Shown piece after piece: positions 32,917-50,490 of a stretch of DNA of 64,000 nt. Made by a program: the position numbers and the translations under genes. Source of the DNA: the human T2T-CHM13v2.0 reference genome, Homo sapiens. The DNA lies in assembly GCF_009914755.1 (NCBI RefSeq), contig NC_060927.1; one strand, written 5' to 3'. The notes beneath the pieces are model-generated. The model saw only the letters and a list, made by a program, of their open reading frames with translations, was not told the origin of the DNA and searched no databases. The first letter of the stretch is position 1. Every line of letters starts with the position of its first letter.

Positions 32917-33071
32917 CTGTAACCGTTGCAACACTCCTGATCGTAAGTTTCCAAATCCATAGTGGCACTGCGGATTCAAAGCACTTTCTGATACCTCTTC
33001 ACAGGGTGTCTGCTCAATTTCCCAATCAAACTCTTCATCGTCAACTACTTCCTCAGGAATCTCAGAAGCAC
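32917..33071 (-). CDS. SHQ1: SHQ1 exon 4 (155 nt; [23 protein letters not shown]...[15 protein letters not shown])
   Basis: attcag|GTGCT ... TTACAG|gtatgt. Confidence 0.97.
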
Positions 33072-33520
33072 CTGAATGTGTTAAATTTTAATTTTTTTTA
33101 AGTATTGGATTTAAGTACAACTAGGGGAAGAAAAAGTATAGGAAAAAATGCCCACAAAGATGTACCAAAAGACATATACCAAATGTACTAAAAGAATATT
33201 CATAGCTCCGCTATTCGTGACAGCAAAAAAAAAAAAAGAACCAAAAATGTGGTATGTTCATACAATGGAATATTACAGAGCAATGAAAGCAAACGAATCT
33301 CAGCTAGAATATGAATAAATCTCACAAAAATAATGTTAAGTGAAAGCAGCCAGACAAAAAGAACACATACTGTATGATCTACATATGCAACGTAAAAACA
33401 GGCAAAACAGAGGATAGTGGTTACCCTGGAGAGAGGGCAAAGTAATGGAAGAATACAGGATGGTATTCTTCGGGTGTTGGAAATGCTCCATTTCTTGACA
33501 GAGGTGGTGTTCACTTTACA

Positions 33521-33855
33521 TCAGTGGTTCCCAAACTTTTTGGCACCAGAGACCGGATTTGTGGAAGACAACTTTTCCACAGATCAAAGAGGTAAAGAGA
33601 TAGTTTTGGGGGATGAAACTGTTCTACCTCAGATCATCAGGCTTTAGATTCTCATAGGGAGCACACAACCTAGACCCTTCGCAGGCACAGTTCACAGTAA
33701 GTTCATGCTCCTATGAGAATCTAATCTGATCTGACAGGAGCCAGAGCTCAGGCAGTAATACTCCTGGCCCTCCGCTCACCTCCTGTTGTGCAGCCAGGTT
33801 CCTAACGGGCCATGGATCAGTACTGGTCTGCAACCTGAGGGTTGGGGACCCCTGT
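33521..33855 (+). mobile_element. MER1B/MER1A hAT-Charlie element within an old L1M (about 33140-33900)
   Basis: cagtggttcccaaactttttggcaccagagaccgg...ggggttggggacccctg termini. Confidence 0.85.
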
Positions 33856-34151
33856 TTTACGTAACTCACTTAACTGTATACTTCTGATCTTAGCTCAAGA
33901 TGCTAATATTTTGCCAACCACAAAATGTTGTTTCAATTGGTCCAAAAATGTGAGTGATCTGGTTCAATAGGATTTTTAATGTCTTAATTATATCACCAAA
34001 GAAGCTATTTTCATATGGTTTCACATGATCACCTTATACCTGAAGTATTTTCTTCAATTTCCTATTCACTATATCCCATTTCCCCTACAAATACACAGCA
34101 TTCCAAATATTTCTATTTATCCTAATTTCCTCCCAACTGTAATAAACATAC

Positions 34152-34274
34152 CTATTTCTTCCACAAGTGGTTTTGCTGTCCTGGATTTTCTTGGTGCCAG
34201 AAGAGCAGTTAACATGTTCAGCCCCTCAAAATGCTGGCCAGGGGTTTCTTTGGGCAGGCGAATGGTAAAAATTC
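34152..34274 (-). CDS. SHQ1: SHQ1 exon 3 (123 nt; [41 protein letters not shown])
   Basis: tttaag|GAATT ... GAAATAG|gtatgt. Confidence 0.97.
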
Positions 34275-34319
34275 CTTAAAGATAAATTTGTTTTATGCTT
34301 AGATTAAAATATTTAAAAA

Positions 34320-34490
34320 GCTGGGCACAATAGCTTACACCAGTAATCCCAATACTCTGGCAGTCTGAGGCAGGAGGATCATTTTAGCCCAGGAGTTCAA
34401 GACCAGCCTGGGCAACATACCAAGACCCCATCTCTACAGAAAATAATAATAAAATCATTTTAATTAAAAGAAAAAAATAAATAAATAAAA
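34320..34490 (+). mobile_element. FLAM/AluJ left monomer about 45 nt upstream of the exon 3 acceptor
   Basis: monomeric Alu with A-rich tail. Confidence 0.85.
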
Positions 34491-34665
34491 TAGTCAAAGA
34501 CTTCACAAATATATCTGAGAAATACATGTCTTGGTAAAACATAATTCTATTTTACAGGCTCTAAAACTATGCCCTCATAGATTTGGTGAATACAAGTCAA
34601 GATAGAAAAAGGTTCTTAACAAGGGTTTTTCAGAAGCTGTCATTTCTATCAAAAATTATTAATCT

Positions 34666-34965
<300 letters not shown>

Positions 34966-36230
34966 TTATTTATCTGTGAAAGCTACAGAATACTTTAGTC
35001 TTATACAGTATGACCTTTACCTACTGATAATATTAAAAATCCAAGTTAAAACTTATAAAAATCAATGGCCTAAGAAGGTAATAGCTTAGAATTAACCAGG
35101 AGTTACTAATTAGACTTCTGGGAAAGGAGGAAAAAATCAGAATACCTAATCCAATGGAGAATGGCAACAGTTTTAAAAATACACAGAATCTTAGATACAA
35201 CAATTATGGCTTAATAAGGTTTTCTGGCATGTCAGGAGATCTATCCCTAAAGTCTATGGCAGACTCAAATCCCTAAAGTCTATGTACTTCTTTTCTTTCC
35301 TTGACTGAGTTTATCTATCTTATTTAGGCTTCCCTGGGAACTTACTACATTATTTAGCACTTTGACATTTTAAAACATTTTGCCTCTTTCAGTGTACTGA
35401 ACTGAATTCCAACATATCAAATACAACTCAGCCCAAATATCTCCGCATACACAATCTTCCTTAACTCCTGTGTACTTTAAAAATTTAATAATTTTGTTTC
35501 AATATGCAACTTACCTATAACTAAAAGCTGGTTTACTACCTAGGAAGGCAGTTTCACTATACTTCATTACACATTAATTACACTGCATTATGGGTTAGAT
35601 CTCTGTCATTTAACCCACCCCCCCATACCCTACCCTTAGCCTAGTTCACTGAGGTCAATATTCATTGAATAAAGTACACAAGACTACACAAGGTGTTCTA
35701 AATCCGATGACAAAGGAAGCCAGTGGCTTCTATAAAGGAAAAATAAATGGGTTCATGGCTAGCTGAAATGAAGGGCTTATCAATCATGAGGAGAAAATTC
35801 AATTAGCCTTTAAATGCCACCCATGCATAGTTTCTCTCTCACCTACCTGTTATTAAAGTTCAAGTTTGAAAATTATACCAGAAAGATTCCATTCATAAGC
35901 TCATAAGTCATCTACATTTTTTATGATCAATCATTTCACATGTTCTAATTTTTACTTTTAAATGTCTACTAAATGTAGGGGAAGTACTCTAGGAAATAGA
36001 ACCGGAGCAGTTAACTTTACTTTGAAGAACATTGTGAAATACTTTAAAAGACTTGTGAGGGGTGGGGAACATCAATAACAGGCACTGGACACTAAGAAAC
36101 AAGAAAGAGTGATAGGAACAGATTGTATTTGAAAGACATCAAAAGGTCCCCATGGTATCTTGTAAGATTATTATGTAAATAATGTGAAAAATCCCAAGAA
36201 ATAAACTAACAAAAATTCCAAAGACAATAC

Positions 36231-36295
36231 CTTTATCTGCATCATAGGACCCTTGCTCACTTCCATTTTCTACAATTCTTCCAGGAAGGGTTAAT
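36231..36295 (-). CDS. SHQ1: SHQ1 exon 2 (65 nt; [21 protein letters not shown])
   Basis: ctgcag|ATTAAC ... GATAAAG|gtattg; frame continuous with exon 1. Confidence 0.97.
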
Positions 36296-36580
36296 CTGCA
36301 GATTTAACACAGGTCTCATGAAGTCCTTAAATTATAACGTAACATAAGTGGCCATCAATACTTGCAAACATTTAACCATCAAAATATATCAATCATTTTT
36401 TAAGAAGTTCCTCAGTATTTCTTTCACATTTTAATAAACTAAGTTAGATTCTTTCCCCAACCAAGAAAGTAGAAATTAGAGATGACTCATCTTTCTATTT
36501 GAATACCCCTAGTCACCAACAAAATAGATACTGAAAAAGAAAAGCCATAATAAATAGTAGTTATCACTATTGTTATAACA

Positions 36581-36930
36581 CAAGTTGAGTATCCCTAATC
36601 TGAAAATCTGAAATGCTCCAAAATCTGAAACTTTTTGAGCACCAACATGACACCACAAAGTGGAAAACTCCACACTTGACCTCATGTGATGAGTCACAGT
36701 CAAAAAGCAGTCAAAACTTGGCTGCATACACAAAAGTATTAAAAAATTACATAAAACTATCTTCTGGCTATATGTATAAGGTGTATATAAAACAAATAAA
36801 TTTTGTGTTTAAACTTGAGTTCCATCCTCAAGATATCTCATTATGTATGCAAAAATATTCCAAAACTCTAGAAAATCTGAAATTTCATATAAGGGACACT
36901 CAATCTGTACAGATAAGGGATACTCAATGG
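36581..36930. mobile_element. Tigger4-family (Zombi) element
   Basis: caagttgagtatccctaatctgaaaatctgaaatgctcc...agggacactcaatctg TIRs. Confidence 0.8.
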
Positions 36931-37073
36931 GAAACAATAAAGAAACACAAAACCAATTGATTTTATCAGGCAAATTACTACTTTAAAAAAAAAGCAGAAA
37001 GCAAAAGTGTCAAATCTCATCATTATTATGTAGGGATTTACCCCTCTTTTGTACTAAAAGAAATGAAGTGATT

Positions 37074-37378
37074 GGCTGGGCGTGGTGGCTTACGCCTGTA
37101 ATCCTAGCACTTTGGGAGGCCGAGGTGGGTCGATCACCTTAGGTCAGGAGTTCAAGACCAACATGGCCAAAATGGAGAAACCCTATATCTACTAAAAATA
37201 CAAAATTAGCCAGGCATAGTGGTGCACACCTGTAACCCCAGCCAGTCAGGAGGCTGAGGCAGAAGAATCACTTGAACCCAGGAAGGGGAGGTTGCAGTGA
37301 GCCGAGATCATTTGCCACTGCACTCCAGCCTGGGCAACAGAGTGAGATTCTGTGTCCAAAAAAAAAAAAAGAAAAAAG
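37074..37378 (+). mobile_element. AluS-like
   Basis: TSD AAAAGAAATGAAGTGATT. Confidence 0.95.
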
Positions 37379-37759
37379 AAATGAAGTGATTTCCCTGCTT
37401 CCAGTTTTACCCTAGTTCAATCAGTCTTCCACTGAGGCTCCAAAATAATTTTTCTAAAACAGGAATCTAATTGTCACTTTTCTATTTTAAAAAGTGTCTA
37501 TGGCTGCCTCATGTTGCCTAGATAATTTAAACTTATCAGAAGGGCATATCAGGCCCACTCCATATCATTCCAAACTTGAAATTTGAGCTTCCTTTCTTCC
37601 CATGGCCCTCCCCCTTGTTTCCTACTAAATATGATTAAAAACAAAAACAGCTGACAGTCCCAAAAGGCCCAGGACCTTTAATCCCAAGGTTTCCTCAAGC
37701 TTCAATACATTTTCAGAATGAAAATCCCTCTAAGCCAGAATAAGGGGTCAGTTTATGGA

Positions 37760-38015
37760 TGAGTTTGTTATAATGGTTACAAACGCTAACTTTAGTGTCA
37801 GAATCTGAATTAACTCCTAGATCTGCCATTTACCAGATGTGTAACAACCTTCTTTGTACAAGTTAATTATTCTTCAAGAATCATAAATCCCTCTTCTGTA
37901 AAGGGGGGAAATAACAGTAACTATCCAAGCGTTACTATGAGCATGAAATGATAATGCAAAGAGCTTAGTGGCCGGCACAACAGGTGAGCATTCAGAAAAT
38001 GTGAGCTATTATTAC
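37760..38015 (+). mobile_element. MIR
   Basis: MIR core and tail agctattatta. Confidence 0.7.
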
Positions 38016-38086
38016 CAGCTCCCTTCCCCTAAACTCTATAAGCCTAGAGTTAAATTCTTACTGCAGAGAAAATTATATTTGCTTAC

Positions 38087-38146
38087 ATGGGGCCTCCGCA
38101 GCTACAGTCTCCATTCTTCAAGGAGAGGGACCAGGTTTTATTCATC
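38087..38146 (-). CDS. SHQ1: Candidate alternative SHQ1 exon in intron 1 ([20 protein letters not shown], in frame with exon 2)
   Basis: ATG at 38145 with A at -3; no stop; donor CAT|gtaagc in phase 2, matching exon 2; possible acceptor ccaag|G at 38146. Confidence 0.6.
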
Positions 38147-38167
38147 CTTGGTATAGCAAACTGTATG

Positions 38168-38469
38168 TTCTTTTTTTTTTTTTTTTTAGACAGTCTCGCT
38201 CTGTTACTCAGGCTGGAGTGCGATAGCGCAATCTTGGCTCACTGCAACCTTCGCCCCCCAGGTTCAAGCGATTCTCTCACCTCAAGCTTCCCAAGTAGCT
38301 AGGACTACAAGCGCGTGCCATCAAGCCCAGATAATTTTTTTGTATTTTTAGTACAGATGGGGTTTAACCATGTTGGTCAGGCCGGTCTCAAACTCCTGAC
38401 CTCAAGTGATCTGCCCACCTCGGCATCCCAAAGTGCTGGGATTACAGGAGTGAGCCACCACATCTGGGG
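38168..38469 (-). mobile_element. AluS-like
   Basis: TSD GCAAACTGTAT. Confidence 0.95.
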
Positions 38470-39599
38470 GCAAACTGTATTATCAAAGAATGCCCATCTC
38501 ACAGCACTCTTCCCAACCATGAAGGTCTATGTTCCCTCCCCTTAAAATTCAGCAGGCTCTGGGACTGTTTTGATGAATACAATAAAGCAGAAGTGACACA
38601 GGAATTAGACCTTTAACATATGAATTTGGGGACAAGAGTTGGGGGGGTGCCCACAAATAATCCATCCACGGCAACGGGTAAATAATAAAGCCTCGTTGTA
38701 ACACTGTCCTAATAACAAATGAGATAATCCGTATAAAGCACTAACCTGGAGTAAAAATTCAATAAATATTTGCTACCACCATAATCTTCTTCCTATTCTT
38801 CACATCTTGGCTTAAATATCGCCTCCCCAGAAAGGCTTTTCCTGACCACTTTATAAAACATGGGCCCTTTTTCATTCTCTATTAGTGCACTTCTTTCTCC
38901 TCATAGCACTCACCACAATTAAGTACACTGTTTATTGTTTTCCTCTCCCCAGTGAAAAGTACATGAGGGCAGGACTTTGTCTTGTTCAGCACAATAATAC
39001 CAACACTGAAACTCAATAAATAAATTAAAGAAATAAGTGAATTAAAAAACTGGAAAGTGCAATAATTCAAATACGGACGTTATATGGTCTAAGGGAAATC
39101 TGAGCAAAACTGGTTCAGCAACAGTGAAAAAACCACCTTGACTGGTGGAGAAGGTTTGTACCACAAAAGTACTTGGGTGGGAAAAGTAGGATGCAGCTAC
39201 ACTTCAGAAAGATTAGGAGGATGGATAAAGAGAAGGACAAGAGATTGGCAATACTTTAGGATGAATATGTAGCAGCGGGTTCTGTGGAATGGGGTTAATA
39301 GCAGTGCTTATCCCTAAGGATCACCGTCAAAGTTAAATGAGATACACCATCATAAAGCACTTAACGGAACTGCTTGTCCACCACACTACGAGTTATCAGT
39401 GTTAGCTGCTACCAAGGTTACGATTCTGCAAGGAGAATAATTTAAACAGATCAAGTGCTGACAGACCCTCACGGAGACTTGGGGGAAACAACCACACTTC
39501 AGGGACAAAACCAAACAGAAGAGCAGCAGACAGCAGGGAAGCAGGAGAACTAGGCTAATTTGGTGTCAAGAGGTCCAAAAAAGGTAAGAATTTCGGTAA

Positions 39600-40560
39600 G
39601 TAGGGAGCGGACAGACAAGAGATAGATCAACAGAAGGCGGCCTGGGCAAAGTTAAAAGGACCGACGGGTTGGGAAGTCACGGAGATGTCAGCGCGCGCCG
39701 TTCCCAGGAAGGGAGAGACTGGGAGAGCAAACGCGGAGTGAAAGGAAAGAACAGAACAAGTCAGAACGGGACGAGAACTAGGGCGACAGGGCAGAAACGG
39801 GAAAGTGACACGGTCCAAACGTCACTTTTTCAAGTGATTCCGCAATCCTTTGATATGGGATTTAAGAAAGCTCAAGAAGGAAAAGGGCTTCCGCAGCATC
39901 TAAAACGCACCCCTGGAAGAGGGCAGTTCCCTGGCACCAAGAGAAGCTGCGGAAACGTCGGGAAAAGGCATTCGCGCAATCGAGCACTGCTCTCTCGACC
40001 TTGCATTCTCCCTCTAAAGCAGCTATCTAACGAATGCGCCTTTCCTGCGGCCAGGCACCCCGAACTCGCCTGAGAAAGTATGGCTTGGCGTAGAACTTGA
40101 AGTCAGACCCCTCGAAGTAGACGTCGAACTCGGAGACCCGGGCGTAGGGCACGCGGATGGCGATAGTCAGGAAGTCCGGATCCTGGCTGAGGTCGAACGC
40201 CGGGGTCAGCATCGCCGCACCGGACGCAAGGGCCGGCGCCGCTCGCTCTCACTGCCGCCGCGTTCCCGCCACGCAAACTCTCCAACTCCCCACGCGCAGG
40301 AACTCTCGGTGTGAGGGACGGAGCTTCCGGCTCGAGGCGGAAGTGCTCGCGCGTAAGGCAGGAAGTCTCTCCCCACGCCAATCTCCATGGAGACGGGACG
40401 CCGTTCGAGAAGAGGCGGAACTTTCAAAACCCCCGGGCGGAGAAAGGGCGTGGCGAGTGGTGCCTGGGAGCCGGCGTTGAACCGGCGGGATGACTAGCAA
40501 CCGAGCCTTTTTCGAGGTTCTTAGAGATGATTTTAACAGCACTGGCTTGACAGGTAAACA
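39600..40560. promoter_or_regulatory. CpG-island promoter and 5'UTR of SHQ1 (no obvious TATA box)
   Basis: high CpG/GC around ATG; ETS/GABP-type CTTCCGG 40324, GCGGAAGTG 40337, CAGGAAGT 40359; CCAAT 40378-40382; SP/KLF CCCCACGCC 40371 and GGGCGTGGC 40446. Confidence 0.9.
40070..40212 (-). CDS. SHQ1: SHQ1 coding exon 1 (143 nt; [14 protein letters not shown]...AKPYFLR, N-terminal CS domain)
   Basis: ATG at 40212 in GCGGCGATGC context; translation matches the SHQ1 N-terminus as I recall it; donor CAG|GCGAGT (GC-type) is the junction that joins in frame to exon 2. Confidence 0.97.
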
Positions 40561-40760
40561 GACGTGCGTTTGAATCCCTTCCTGGCCACAACTTCTCAGC
40601 TGTAAGACCTTGGGAAAGTTACAAAACCTCTCTATATCTTCTGTAAAACGCGGATAATGCGAGAACCTAGCCCCATAGAAATGCTGTGAGGGTAGCATGA
40701 AATTGTGCATGTAGAACTCTAATAACGAACTTGGCAAGTTGTCAACGCTTGATGTGCTGA
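40535..40760 (+). mobile_element. MIR immediately upstream of the promoter
   Basis: gtttgaatcc...cagctgtaagaccttgggaaagttacaaaacctctct...ctgtaaaa. Confidence 0.75.
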
Positions 40761-41926
40761 AGTAGTCACCGCAGTAGCCACAGCAGCACCGTTACAGTGG
40801 TTTCCCTTAGTTCTCACCTGCCTTGTGAACAATTCCTCTTACACTTTCCCTTTCCTCCCTCTCTCTTTCCACTTCTCTTTTTCTGCAGCTTTCTCTCTCA
40901 TTCTTAACGGCTTATTTGAAGAGTTTTCTCTTTAACAGAGCGTCCGTCCCGCTAATCTCATCTAATCTACGCTGCAAACTCTAAAGAAAACGGCTCAGAG
41001 AGGTTAATCAGTACGTTTTATAACCATGCATTTTACAGTAATTAGAACTCAGAACGTTTGACTCTTAAACCGTGTCGGTGACTGCATTCACAAATTAAGG
41101 TCCCTCTGTATTCCCCTTCTTTCCTTTTTCTCACTCTTGTCCTTACACTTGTCTGAGGACATCTTTTCTGTCTTTTTTTCTACTTGTCTTCCTTGTATTT
41201 TCTCCCTTTGGAGTGTGCCCCTTACACTCTCTCAGTGCCTCTCCCGCTGGTTTCCCTCTTCCCCCACATATTCCCTTGGCCTTTCCACACATGTTGTTTC
41301 CTGTTATTCCACCACTAATTAGAATAATCCAGTTGTGGTATTTATTCCGTGGTTTTAAGTATCAGTGGAAAAGGGATGAAAAGTACTCTCCTAGGACAGT
41401 GGAGATAACCAGAAAACTTCAAAAGTCTTTTCAATCTCCAGCTGTTTTATGATTCTAAGGAGACATTCTTGAAACTTCATTAGGACTCAGAAAAAAAATT
41501 AATAGTAACAGGGGCTAACATTAACTGAATATTTACTATGTGCCAGCACTGCAGCAAACCCTTTGTAATGATCTCATTCTCCCTCCTGACCGCTCTATGA
41601 AGTAGGCATTATATATTCCCTTGGCTTGCACAGGATCTCACAGCTAGTAAGTGGTGCAATGGGAATTGAAACCCAGGTGAGTCTGATTCCTAGGCCCAGG
41701 CTCTACACTATTACAGAGTTGACTCCCTCTGTTATTACCACCTACTTTGTTTCACATTCTAAAGCCAAGCCTGCCTGCTTTAGACCATACTGAGCCTTAC
41801 AAGTAATAGGCACTCAATATTGACAATGAATTGATGCCAACTTTGATTTAATAAAGCTCTCAAAAGGTCCCTTGAGATAGGCCTGTGACTAAACTATTCC
41901 AAATTAGCTTCTTTACAAAGAATCTT

Positions 41927-42264
<338 letters not shown>

Positions 42265-43645
42265 TCACAAGCATTAATATTTTTAAATTATTAATGCCAG
42301 AGAATCAACTGAAACAAGCTATGCTATCCATGAGGAAATTCTAATTGAAAGCACTTTGCAAACTAGAGCTGTGCATTTCCTGGGTACTTTATTATGTGTC
42401 TGGCAACACACACACACACAGGACTGCAACACAGGAAAACAGACAACATGGTTCAGTGCTGCCGTCATTATAAGAAATATATACTGCATCTGCTAAATCA
42501 CAAAATACGGATAGTTTCAAGTATATAACAAGGTTTTGTTGTTTTGGGTTTCTGTTGGTTTTTGTTTTCTTGCAGGCAATAGTTCTCTTATTTTTGCATT
42601 TCTATTAGTGGTAAATATAAGTTATAGATTCATTCTCACTTAAGAACATAAAGTTCCTTTTGGCTGCCATGCAACTTTGGTTCTTTCTCCTGCTTCCTCA
42701 AAGGCAGTCCTAGCTATCACTTCAGACCCTTTTCTATTTCTACATCCATTTCTATGGACCCTGTTGCTTTGTGTTTAGACCCACTTTATATGGGCACATT
42801 CTCACACTATGAAAGTAATTCTGCAACATGCTTTTTTTCCTACTTTGGTTCATTTTTGAGACATAGCTATATTGATTCATAGATCAAATTGAGTTTCTAT
42901 TTCTGAATACAGACATTGCTTGAGAATAAAGACATTATTTTAATGTTTTAAATTAGCTCTGGTTTAGAGGGGAAAACAGGAATGCAATTTTTCATCATTT
43001 TTGAGCATTCAAATGTTGCAGTGTTTTTTATCTTTTCATTTTCTGAAAGCTTACTTTTGAATGGCCTTCCACTGTTTTAAAAATAGTTTTTCCTTCTGGC
43101 CTATAGAGAACATGAAATAAAATAATAAGATAAAGTTTTTTCCATGACCAACTTATGTAGGACAAGTGTGTAACCTATCATCTTTCATTATATTAAATTG
43201 GCCCCTCCTCTGGTCTAACAACCCTGATTGTGATCCATAAGCTTCCAAATTAAATGTTAAATTAAAAATGGTTTTTATAAACAATTCCAATGTCAGCTTT
43301 ATTACCAAGTTCTATTGTTAGAAGTCTTTTAATGGTGAAATACTCCTTGTTTCCAGAAGGTGGCATGCATATAGGTGATTAAAACAATGTTATCTCAAAG
43401 AATGGAGCTTTAACCTATGTTGAAAAATAGCTTCCTGAATAAGTTGTTTATAGCGCTAGTTCATTCTCTGAGCCATTTTGGGGAGGTGGTGGAATCTTAC
43501 ACAGTATTTGCAAACTACGTCTTAACCACTGTTATTATTTTGGCATACATCTTTTCAGACTCCTATTCATAAAAGTATGGGAAGTATTTTCAACAAAAGA
43601 ATGTCATAATCTATATTTGCTTTCTTCACTTAATATAGGATTACA

Positions 43646-44466
<821 letters not shown>

Positions 44467-44516
44467 TAAGAAAGGAAAAAAAAAACTAATACTAGGATCA
44501 TGAAACTAGAGTAAAA

Positions 44517-44650
44517 ATACCTAATGCTAGATGACGAGTTAGTGGGTGCAGCGCACCAGCATGGCACATGTATACATATGTAACTAACCTGCACAATATG
44601 CACATGTACCCTAAAACTTAAAGTATAATTTAAAAAAAATTAAAAAAATA
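44517..44650 (+). mobile_element. Young L1PA (L1PA2/3-like) 3'-terminal fragment
   Basis: cctaatgctagatgacGAGttagtgggtgcagcgcaccagcatggcacatg...aaacttaaagtataa plus A-tail; GAG rather than the L1HS ACA/ACG triplet. Confidence 0.85.
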
Positions 44651-44739
44651 CAAAAGTTAGAGTACAAACTGGATAACACATTTTGAAGTTTGAAAAAAAT
44701 CCTTTTGTATAACAGTGGTAATACAATGGCACTCATGAG

Positions 44740-46290
<1,551 letters not shown>

Positions 46291-46864
46291 TACCCTGAGT
46301 TTTGCAATTCCAAGCTATAAACTGCTTCTAAGAGGACACAGATAAATTCGTGGGTAACTGACAGATAAATACAGGACTGTAAAAGAGGTTTAAGGGATGG
46401 TCCCAACAGGATGTAGACTAAGAAGACCATGAGTCTGACACTGGTGACCTCCAGTGGTTTTCAAACCCCTCTGGATTTAAGTGCAGCTATTTTTGTTCTT
46501 TTCCCCAATCCTTTAGCCCATTCACATTACAGTTGTTAGAGTTAAACTTGCTAAGGAGCACAGTGTTAGCACTAATGTAGCATAGTAATGAGTATTTCAG
46601 GGAGGATTCAGCCCAATTCCAATTTTGCACAAGTTCGATAAAGCTCCAAAGAAAATCCAAAATGGCTACAGCTGACATAAGAGTGTTTTTTGACAAGATT
46701 TCTGAGCAATGTACCTAAGGGCTTAGTGATATATATATCAAGATGCTAGTCTTATCCCATTAAATGAAATGCAGGATCACAAAAGAATGCTAACTGAACA
46801 GCATTTCAAGCCTCCTTCATTGTTTAACATCATATTTTGAAAAAGCATCTGCAAAAGGTACTAT

Positions 46865-48188
<1,324 letters not shown>

Positions 48189-48336
48189 TCACACTCCTGC
48201 AAAATTACTGGAGAAAAGTTTCTACAGTACCCATGGAGAACAGCTGATTCAAGTCTTTATCTTACTTATTAAAAAGTTCTTACAGTCTAGTTATCCTTAG
48301 CCTAACTAATGTTTTCCTTGATTCAGAGTGAACATA

Positions 48337-48538
48337 TTTTTATTTTTATTATAATTTTTTTTGAGTTGGAGTCTTGCTGTATCGCCCAGGCTGGAGCGCA
48401 GTGGCGCGATCTCGGCTCACTGCAATCTCCGCCTCCTGGGGTTCAAGGGATTCTCCCACCTCAGCCTCCCAAGTAGCTGGGATTACAGGCACATGCCACC
48501 ACACCCGGCTAATTTTTGTATTGTTTAGTACAGATGGG
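48337..48538 (-). mobile_element. 5'-truncated Alu
   Basis: right arm plus linker; TSD GTGAACATATTTTTATT. Confidence 0.9.
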
Positions 48539-48589
48539 TGTGAACATATTTTTATTCCCTCATGCAGAAATGATTTAAATGTACCTTTT

Positions 48590-49860
<1,271 letters not shown>

Positions 49861-49864
49861 GAAT

Positions 49865-50490
49865 CTGTGGGTGCCTGGACAACAGTCAGAAGACTCTGGA
49901 TGCTGGGAAAGGATGCTGCTGCTGTTGGCTTATAGCTGTGTTCCTCACAGGGCACTGCCCTTACCTAGAGAGAACTACCTTATCCAGTTACCCTCCTCCA
50001 GAGTGCTGATGTGGATACAAAGTCCTTAACTCCTTGCCCTGATATGAGACAACTCCGAAAAGGCTGTTAAATACTGAAGAAGAAAAAAGTCATCCCAACT
50101 CCAGAGCTCCTGGTAGAAATGGTATGGCCGGGCGCGGTGGCTCACGCCTGTAATACCAGCACTTTGGGAGGCCGAGGCGGGTGGGTCACGAGTTCAGGAG
50201 ATCGAGACCATCCTGGCTAACATGGTGAAACCCCGTCTCTACTAAAAATACAAAAAATTAGCTGGGCTTGGTGGTGGGTGCCTGTAGTCCCAGCTCCTAG
50301 GGAGGCTGAGGCAGGAGAGTGGCATGAACCCGGAGGCAGAGCTTGCAGTGAGCCGAGATCACACCACTGCACTCCAGCCTGGGTGACAGAGCAAGACTCC
50401 ATCTCTTTGTATAGGTGTATCTCCAAAAGCATCCCCCAAAACCATCAGCACTCAACTTTCCTTCTTAGAGTCTTAGACTGGAATGCTGAC
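49865..50490 (+). mobile_element. LTR16-like element with inserted tail-less AluY (50126-50405)
   Basis: ctgttggcttatagctgtg...cactgccctt...gagacaactc motifs. Confidence 0.6.

Noticed and set aside
35243-35284. 16-bp direct repeat ATCCCTAAAGTCTATG; similar micro-duplications at about 22240-22290, 52181-52237 and 54613-54652
   Set aside because: Ordinary small tandem duplications; two units only, not CRISPR-like
39669-40737. Overlapping 60-162 aa ORFs around exon 1
   Set aside because: Expected by chance in stop-poor CpG-island DNA; only the SHQ1 frame is recognisable
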